In this document: positions 18,332 to 24,132 of the stretch, piece after piece
Layout: each line of letters opens with the position of its first letter
Numbering within the stretch: position 1 is the stretch's first letter
From: Halorussus rarus
GTDB taxonomy: Archaea; Halobacteriota; Halobacteria; Halobacteriales; Haladaptataceae
Length of the DNA: 32,000 nt
Reading direction: 5' to 3'
Assembly: GCF_003369835.1 (NCBI RefSeq)
Contig: NZ_QPMJ01000001.1
Coordinates: 1,079,589-1,111,588 of the forward strand
The notes under the pieces: generated by a model
Told to the model about the DNA's origin: nothing
The model's input: the letters and a program-made list of their open reading frames with translations, nothing else
The model's database searches: none
Position numbers and translations under genes: made by a program

Positions 18332-18868
18332 ATGAAGAAATTAAATCCAGAAACACAAGAAGGCGACGACAGATCGCTAATTGAAGAAATAAATCAAATA
18401 AATTATATTTCGCTCGGGGAAGGGGCCGCGACGTGTCAAGCGTGCGGATCTCCTCTTCACGAGGGGGATTCGGTTGTTGCGTACGTGTTTCGCCCGGCTG
18501 GAGAGCTGCTTTTTCAGACTGGTTACGTGGTTTGCGGTGACGACGAACACGAACTTCCGAAGGAGTACCCGTTGGGTGTGCGGGAGTTGCTCGTCGAGGG
18601 GCGTGTTGGGTGGTGTTCGGATGGGGCGACGCAGTCGTCGTGGCCGGTGTTGCTTGCGCCTGAAGTGGTCGGTGTGAGCGCGGCAGCGACGAAGTCACTA
18701 CGTCTGATTCCGGATGGTGGTAGCACGGGGTCGAACGTTGCCTCCGGTGTTGAGGAGCGGGAGTCCGCCAAGGCATCGGAGAAGGTGTCTGTTGGTGAGA
18801 CGCGTCGTCGAGCTGACGGAGCGGATGGTGACGTGGTTCGCGGATTGTTCTGGGGTGAGCAGCGATGA
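18332..18868 (+). CDS. hypothetical protein, first gene of the RAMP operon (single CxxC plus C-x4-H; possible Zn-binding)
   Basis: The ORF is open from GTG 18287; the first ATG is at 18332. It contains CQAC (18434-18445), then VVCGDDEH. Its stop overlaps the next start (ATGA, 18865-18868). The first ~90 nt are conspicuously AT-rich compared with the rest. Confidence 0.55.
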   Translation: MKKLNPETQEGDDRSLIEEINQINYISLGEGAATCQACGSPLHEGDSVVAYVFRPAGELLFQTGYVVCGDDEHELPKEYPLGVRELLVEGRVGWCSDGATQSSWPVLLAPEVVGVSAAATKSLRLIPDGGSTGSNVASGVEERESAKASEKVSVGETRRRADGADGDVVRGLFWGEQR

Positions 18869-19830
18869 CGTCGGGCCTCGTGGATTCGCATCTTGATGTC
18901 GAGTTGGATGTGCCGCGGTCGGTGGAGGAGATGTTGCTGCCGGATGTGTACGTTGGGCTCGAAATCGACCTGCTGTCTCCAGGGGACGGCATCGTCACGG
19001 ATCGGCATCATGCGTCGGCGGATCGGTATGAGTCGGATGATCCGATGAATCAGATTGAAGGACAGATAAGCCCATTCACCCTGTCAGGCTGGCTGCGACA
19101 CGGGTGTGAGGAGGTCGTCCAGGTCGCTGGTGCGACGGCGTGTCACCCTGGTGAACCGAATGCGGACTACATGCGTGCGGAGACGTATGAGCGTGACTTG
19201 GAGTCCGGGTACCACGAGAAGGGAACTTGTCTGGATGAATACGATGATGGGTGTGTCGTCTACGACTTGTTCGGTGGGTTCGGTGCGCAGCCGGGGAAGT
19301 TGCTGCGCCGTCCGGTGTCGTTCTCCCCGATTCGGAGACAGGTGGATGTCCTGGACGGAGAGGCGGAAGCGCACTACCGACAGATCTCGAACCAAGTGCG
19401 GTCGCGGAACGAGGAGGACGGTGGGCAGCCGCTCCGCCAGGCGGATCGTGATGTGCTCGGGAACGTCGAGGGAACGTGGAAGTTGACGCTCCGGGAACTG
19501 AAGCCGGAGTTCGTCGGGTTACTCTTGGAAGCTGTGTCGTTCCTTGATGCGCATAGTGACCAGTTCGAGTTCCAGCTCGGCGGCGCACGGAATTTTGGGG
19601 CTGGTATCGCTGATGTGTGGGTGATAAATCCGCTGTACAGCGACCAGGAGGTGCGTCGCGTGTTTGACCGTGCGAAGGCGGTGACGTCTGCGATGGAGGA
19701 GAAGGATGAGGTGTGGCGGTCGGAGTGCCGGCCGGAGTTCGTCAGGGCGTTGCAGGCGCGGGTTGCGCAGCGTGATGGTGATGTGTCGTTCCCTGGTGCT
19801 GGTGACGGGGCAGGGGGTGGTTCGGCATGA
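18865..19830 (+). CDS. Cas7-like RAMP protein (Csm3/Cmr4/Csf2-like motif pattern)
   Basis: 321-codon ORF. It has an N-terminal beta-strand-like YVGLEIDLLSPG, then SGWLRHG (19084-19104; compare the S-x-x-K/R-G-x-x-R RAMP motif). A Cys/His-bearing insertion (ACHPGE...GTCLDEYDDGC) ends in DLFGGFG (19264-19284). A C-terminal glycine-rich loop reads LGGARNFGAG-IADVWV (19576-19605). Confidence 0.6.
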   Translation: MTSGLVDSHLDVELDVPRSVEEMLLPDVYVGLEIDLLSPGDGIVTDRHHASADRYESDDPMNQIEGQISPFTLSGWLRHGCEEVVQVAGATACHPGEPNADYMRAETYERDLESGYHEKGTCLDEYDDGCVVYDLFGGFGAQPGKLLRRPVSFSPIRRQVDVLDGEAEAHYRQISNQVRSRNEEDGGQPLRQADRDVLGNVEGTWKLTLRELKPEFVGLLLEAVSFLDAHSDQFEFQLGGARNFGAGIADVWVINPLYSDQEVRRVFDRAKAVTSAMEEKDEVWRSECRPEFVRALQARVAQRDGDVSFPGAGDGAGGGSA

Positions 19831-20162
19831 CTAGTGGGCGTGATGGTCGGGATGCGGGCGATGATGATTCGGGAAAGATGGATCAGGACGGTGCGGAACT
19901 GGACAAATTAGCCGAGCCAGCGACTGGTCTGCGGACTGCTCAAGAACGGGCGGCATCGAAGGAGTCGATTGTTGCGTCTGGTGGTGGGGAGGCGGGTGCT
20001 GCGAGTGATGGGTCCTCAGCGACTGGTGGCTCTGATACTGACGGTCTCGATGAGTTGATGGAGCCGTCGACGGGGCTCCGCACAGCCCAGGAACAAGAGA
20101 CGGAGACATCGACTGGTGATGAGGATGGTGAAGCTGGCCGGGCGGGTGATCGGGGTGCGTGA
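19827..20162 (+). CDS. small acidic Gly/Ser/Asp-rich protein with a duplicated L-D-x-L-x-E-P-x-T-G-L-R-T-A-Q-E motif
   Basis: 111-codon ORF. Its start overlaps the upstream stop (ATGA, 19827-19830). The motif copies lie at 19899-19946 and 20046-20093. They are identical in peptide over TGLRTAQE but differ at the third position in 7 of 8 codons, which argues for translation and purifying selection. Confidence 0.6.
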   Translation: MTSGRDGRDAGDDDSGKMDQDGAELDKLAEPATGLRTAQERAASKESIVASGGGEAGAASDGSSATGGSDTDGLDELMEPSTGLRTAQEQETETSTGDEDGEAGRAGDRGA

Positions 20163-20976
20163 TGCGATTTCGGATTCTGACGTAGAGGGTGACGCCGATG
20201 CGGTGGACCCGTTGGTGGCGGCGTATCGGCACGATGTGCATAAGCTGCGGGCGCGGGCGCATAGTCATGCAGTGGATTGGGTTGACGGTGTGCGGGTGAA
20301 TGAGCCGGTGCCGGACGGGGCGGACGGGGATGCGGCGTTGTTGAGTCGGCCGCGCGGTGACCCGGAGCAGACGTTGGATGCGCACGGGTCGTGGCGGCGC
20401 GTGTCGCTGCTGACCGGGGAGGTCGTATCGAGTGATTCGGTTGAGTCGCTGGACGGGCTGCTCGTGGCAGATGACGCCGAGGAGTTGCACGCGACGTGGT
20501 TGTCGGCGTCATTGCCGGCCGGGTTCAATGAGTCGCCGTACTACCCGTACACGTCGGTGAAGTACCACACGCTCTTGACGGCGGTGCTGTTGGATAATTA
20601 CCGGGGAGGTCACGAGTTCGGCGACCTGTTCCTCGCAGTTGAGGCTCCGGACACGGAGTCTGTAACCCCGCATCGAACAGTACTCTCGACGGGTGGGGTA
20701 TCGTTGGCTGTGACTGGGGAGCCGGGGGATCGGCCGGCAGCGCGGTTGGGTGACGCGCCAGCACGGTCGTTCGCAGACACGTGGGCGCGGCTCCCGGCGC
20801 TCCCGTTTGACGTGGCCGGGTCACGTCGGTGGCGCGTGCTGGATTCGCAGTTGCGGCGGATCCGTTCGTGGTCGGTGGCGCTACAGTTTATCGAGGACTA
20901 CGTCGCGGCGTTCGCACCGGCGCAGTGCGCTGGGCATGGTCGCCGTGGCCGTCGAGGTGGAGGTGAGGGTCGGTGA
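20116..20976 (+). CDS. hypothetical protein with an Arg/Gly-rich C-terminal tail; start uncertain
   Basis: The ORF is open from GTG 20116. Alternative starts are ATG 20119, ATG 20125 and GTG 20155; the last overlaps the upstream stop by 8 nt. It contains PYTSVKYHTLLTAVLLDNYRGGHEFGDLF and ends in GHGRRGRRGGGEGR (20932-20973). Its stop overlaps the next start (GTGA, 20973-20976). Confidence 0.5.
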   Translation: MMRMVKLAGRVIGVRDAISDSDVEGDADAVDPLVAAYRHDVHKLRARAHSHAVDWVDGVRVNEPVPDGADGDAALLSRPRGDPEQTLDAHGSWRRVSLLTGEVVSSDSVESLDGLLVADDAEELHATWLSASLPAGFNESPYYPYTSVKYHTLLTAVLLDNYRGGHEFGDLFLAVEAPDTESVTPHRTVLSTGGVSLAVTGEPGDRPAARLGDAPARSFADTWARLPALPFDVAGSRRWRVLDSQLRRIRSWSVALQFIEDYVAAFAPAQCAGHGRRGRRGGGEGR

Positions 20977-21905
20977 CGCGGCTCCAACAGGTTCTCTTCG
21001 AGTTGGAGTCGCCGTACTCCGGGCATCCGTATTTCGTGTCGGGTAACGCCGTGTTCAATGCGGTGGCGCGGCGTGTCGGTGCTGCGACGCGTGGGGCACT
21101 GCATGTGAGTCACGGCGTGTTTCTCCCGGGTGAGTACGGTGAGTACCCGGCAGGCGCGTCGCAGGATGGGTATGCGGGGAAGCTCGGGTTGTCGTTGCCG
21201 GACGTGGAGTCGTACGAGGACTTGTTCGTGTTTCGGGACGCGGCGCAGCGGTGGCTTCTGGATTCACGGCCGCGGGATGCGCATAACGTACACCCGTTGC
21301 AAACTCATGGTGGCCGTGTTGCGTTCGACGATTCGTGTTGGTTCGGGCGGCCGGCGGAGATGCGGGATCACCGCCGGTCCGTGTCGTGGTTCCTGCACTG
21401 CTACTTGCACGCCGGGCGTGACGGTGTCGTACCGGTCGCGGAGGATGTACTGGAGGGGATTCGTGTTGGTGGGTGGCGGAATTACGGGTTCGGGGATGTG
21501 TCCGTGGTGGAGACACAACTCGTGGATCTCGATGCGTTGGATTACGCTGGGGTGCGAGGGGCTGACGAGTTGCAGTTGGAGCTTGTGACGCCGTTCGTGC
21601 TGGTGAGTGAGGCTCCGAACGCGGATTCGCAGTCGGTGCCGTGGTGGTGGGACGTACCTACTGGCGGGTTGCGTCGCGGTGAAACGCGCCTCGTGAACGG
21701 TGACGAGTCGTACGCTGTGGCGACGGTTGATCACGGGCAGGTCGTCGAGTACGTCGGAGATGACGCGGGGAGAACGGCGAAGAACGGTGTGACGCGGGTT
21801 GGAACGCATTCTCGGTTCGGGTTCGGGGAGTTTCGGCTGCGCCCGAGTGACGCGGACCGGGTGCCGGAGCGTGCGGCGGCCGCGTCGGACGGAGGTGGTG
21901 TGTGA
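20973..21905 (+). CDS. Cas5-like (Csm4/Cmr3/Csf3-like) RAMP protein with two glycine-rich loops
   Basis: 310-codon ORF starting at GTG. The N-terminus VLFELESPY...VSGNAVFNAV resembles the RAMP beta1/helix1 pattern. Two G-rich loops, each closing a roughly 150-aa half, read IRVGGWRNYGFGDVSV (21462-21494) and RVGTHSRFGFGEFRL (21795-21827). This is the G-x-x-x-x-x-G-F-G loop characteristic of RAMPs. Confidence 0.55.
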   Translation: MTRLQQVLFELESPYSGHPYFVSGNAVFNAVARRVGAATRGALHVSHGVFLPGEYGEYPAGASQDGYAGKLGLSLPDVESYEDLFVFRDAAQRWLLDSRPRDAHNVHPLQTHGGRVAFDDSCWFGRPAEMRDHRRSVSWFLHCYLHAGRDGVVPVAEDVLEGIRVGGWRNYGFGDVSVVETQLVDLDALDYAGVRGADELQLELVTPFVLVSEAPNADSQSVPWWWDVPTGGLRRGETRLVNGDESYAVATVDHGQVVEYVGDDAGRTAKNGVTRVGTHSRFGFGEFRLRPSDADRVPERAAAASDGGGV

Positions 21906-22567
21906 TGGTGTTGGAGCAAGTGGCGTTCGATATTGAGACGACCGGGTTCGATGTTGATGACGAGGTGACGACGGTTGGGTTTGCGGTGCCGATGGGTGTA
22001 CGCGTGTTCCTGCAGACTGGCGAGCGGGACGCGTCGGGTATTGAGTCGCGTGTTGACTCAGCAGTGCCGGAGACGCTCGTGCGAGTATCTACGCACGCGT
22101 CTGAACGTGAGTTGCTGGTCGCGGTATCGGAGTTCGTTGCCGAGCGGTTCCGTGATGGTGACGTGTTGCTCGTGGCGTACAATGGGGAGCGGTGGAACGG
22201 CGGGTTCGATCTACCGTTCCTGCGAACGCGGTACGCGAAGTGCGAGTTGGCGTGGCCGTTCGATGTGCCGTACGCGGACGTGATGCCGCTCGTCACCGAC
22301 CGGTTCAACACGACTGTTGATGGTGGCGAGAACGGTGATCTCGTGACGGCGTACGACGTGTTGTGCGACGGATCGCACGGTGATCTCGACCCGTTCACGG
22401 ACAGCAAAGAGGCTGTGACATCGTTCGAGGACGGGCGGTTTGCGGAGCTCGTGTTGCATAACGTGGCGGATGTGCTGCGGACACGGGCGCTCGGCCGCGT
22501 TGCGGAGCGGTACTGTTCGAAATCCGAGTTCAAAGTGAAGTCGCTGACGCCGACGAGGTCGATCTGA
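21905..22567 (+). CDS. DEDD-type 3'-5' exonuclease (RNase H-like fold, PolB-exonuclease/COG3359-like)
   Basis: The ATG at 21905 shares its A with the upstream TGA (TGATG). Exo I is FDIETTG (D 21929-21931, E 21935-21937). Exo II-like is LVAYNGERWNGGFDLPFL. Exo III-like is LHNVAD (H-x3-D). Length is 220 aa. Confidence 0.7.
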   Translation: MVLEQVAFDIETTGFDVDDEVTTVGFAVPMGVRVFLQTGERDASGIESRVDSAVPETLVRVSTHASERELLVAVSEFVAERFRDGDVLLVAYNGERWNGGFDLPFLRTRYAKCELAWPFDVPYADVMPLVTDRFNTTVDGGENGDLVTAYDVLCDGSHGDLDPFTDSKEAVTSFEDGRFAELVLHNVADVLRTRALGRVAERYCSKSEFKVKSLTPTRSI

Positions 22568-22758
22568 GATGCAGGTGGATCGAGTCCTACGTGGGGTTCG
22601 CAGTAGGTGGGTTCGTGACTGGGTGGTGCCGCCGGATGCACTGTGAGCGGTACGCGGCGGCGACACGGGTACGACGAGCTGCGAATTGAAGCGATACTCC
22701 ACGACTTCCCGTTCAAGCGGTGTGAACAGTTGCAGAACCGACCACTGGAAATCAGCGA

Positions 22759-23826
22759 ATGACAGAAACAGAGTCACACAATCACGACGACGCGACGAGG
22801 ATGAGCGAATCGAGCGGTGAACGAACGGAGCGGTTGACGCCTGAGGAGTGCCACGAGACGGTTGATCCGAAGACGCGGGAAGCGGTGCTTGACGAGTACG
22901 CCCATCGCTGCCAGGTCTGCGGGCGACGCGGACCGGAGAAAGGCGGGTTAGCGACGCTGCATGTCCACCATATCGAACGCGACCCGGACGGGATGGGTGA
23001 GCATGATATGGAGAATCTGACGTTGCTGTGCCGGTCGTGCCACAGTTGGTTCCATCAACAGAGCACGCCTGACGACGCGCCCGTCGAGATCACGGAGGAA
23101 GACCAGAGCGTGTTGCTTCCGCAGGACATCGAGATCCTACGGTTCTTAGCAGATGCGGGTCCGGCGCGAACGGGTGATATTGCGTCCGGGGTGCCGACTG
23201 ACTTGACGGTGTCAGCGGTTCGTGAGCGGTTGTGGGTGCTGATGGGACTCGATAACTTGGTCGAAGCCCGCGACCGGCAGATCGTCGATAAGGACGTCGA
23301 GACCGGGGAATGGGGACTCACCGAACAGATCGAGAACTCCGCTCGCGGGCACATCCCGGACGACCCACAACTGTTGCTCCAGCGGATGGAGGACGAGAAA
23401 GTCCGACAGGCACTCGACCGCGGGTGTGATCGCAGTGACGTCATCAACGTGTTCGATGTCTCGCGGCGGACGACGTTCAACAAGCAGAAGCGAGCCTGTG
23501 CGTACGACTTCCCGTTGGCCGCGTTCAACCGCGGGGGACGGCCGACCGACAGCGAGCGGTCGGAACGCAGTCCGGGCACGACCGACACAGTAGAGGACGA
23601 CGGTGATGAACAGCAGCGACTTGACGCAGTCCCCGAACAGGACACAGACTCGTTGGGCCGGACAGAAACGTGGGGGACGACTGAGACCGCCCCCGAAGCG
23701 CGGCCCTCGAATGAGAGCGTGGAGGGTACTGATCAAGCGGTGAGTGAGAACGGTTCCGAGGAGGAGTTGCGTGTGCACCTACAGCAAGCAATTGAGGCGC
23801 TACAGGAAGTGAACTCGGAGTTGTAG
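22759..23826 (+). CDS. HNH endonuclease fused to a wHTH-like domain and an acidic C-terminal tail
   Basis: 355-codon ORF. CQVCGRRG...LHVHHIERD...NLTLLCRSCHSWFH is the full HNH/zinc-finger signature (CxxC ... HH ... N ... CxxC-H). It is followed by DIEILRFLADAGPARTGDIASGV...RERLWVLMGLDNLVEA (wHTH-like). Confidence 0.85.
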   Translation: MTETESHNHDDATRMSESSGERTERLTPEECHETVDPKTREAVLDEYAHRCQVCGRRGPEKGGLATLHVHHIERDPDGMGEHDMENLTLLCRSCHSWFHQQSTPDDAPVEITEEDQSVLLPQDIEILRFLADAGPARTGDIASGVPTDLTVSAVRERLWVLMGLDNLVEARDRQIVDKDVETGEWGLTEQIENSARGHIPDDPQLLLQRMEDEKVRQALDRGCDRSDVINVFDVSRRTTFNKQKRACAYDFPLAAFNRGGRPTDSERSERSPGTTDTVEDDGDEQQRLDAVPEQDTDSLGRTETWGTTETAPEARPSNESVEGTDQAVSENGSEEELRVHLQQAIEALQEVNSEL

Positions 23827-24132
23827 GGGTATATAGGGGTTCTGGAATGCGGAGGTGTCGGGGACTCTTTCAAAACAACACGCTCCATCAAATCTAAATG
23901 TGTCTGTTAAAGAAAGACTACTATTGATGAGTTCATTATGTTCCTTCGTGATCTATGTTGTTGCTCAACGGAAGGCTGGTGGTACTCATTTGAGTCATTC
24001 TAATAGACTTCAACTCTCGATTCCATCACCGAAGGAATTCACTGGACTTACACCTGACAGCGAAACGACTGTTGAAGAGCCCGCTTCTCGAATCGGTGCT
24101 ACGGCGCAAACAAGCGACTGACTCAGAGATAC

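Noticed and set aside
18252-22777. Many long minus-strand ORFs (for example 18252-18998, 19076-19588, 19831-20490, 19940-20512, 21264-21809, 21658-22716 at 352 aa, and 22211-22777).
   Set aside because: Their products are Arg/Pro/Ser/Thr/His-rich with no motifs. They lie antisense to plus-strand ORFs that have motifs and coupled stop/start junctions. They are the typical stop-codon-poor antisense artefacts of GC-rich coding DNA.
23855-24121. 88-aa plus-strand ORF in the spacer before the GHKL gene.
   Set aside because: The region is AT-rich. The product is non-acidic and hydrophobic/Ser-rich, unlike every confident protein here. It is most likely promoter or 5' UTR sequence.
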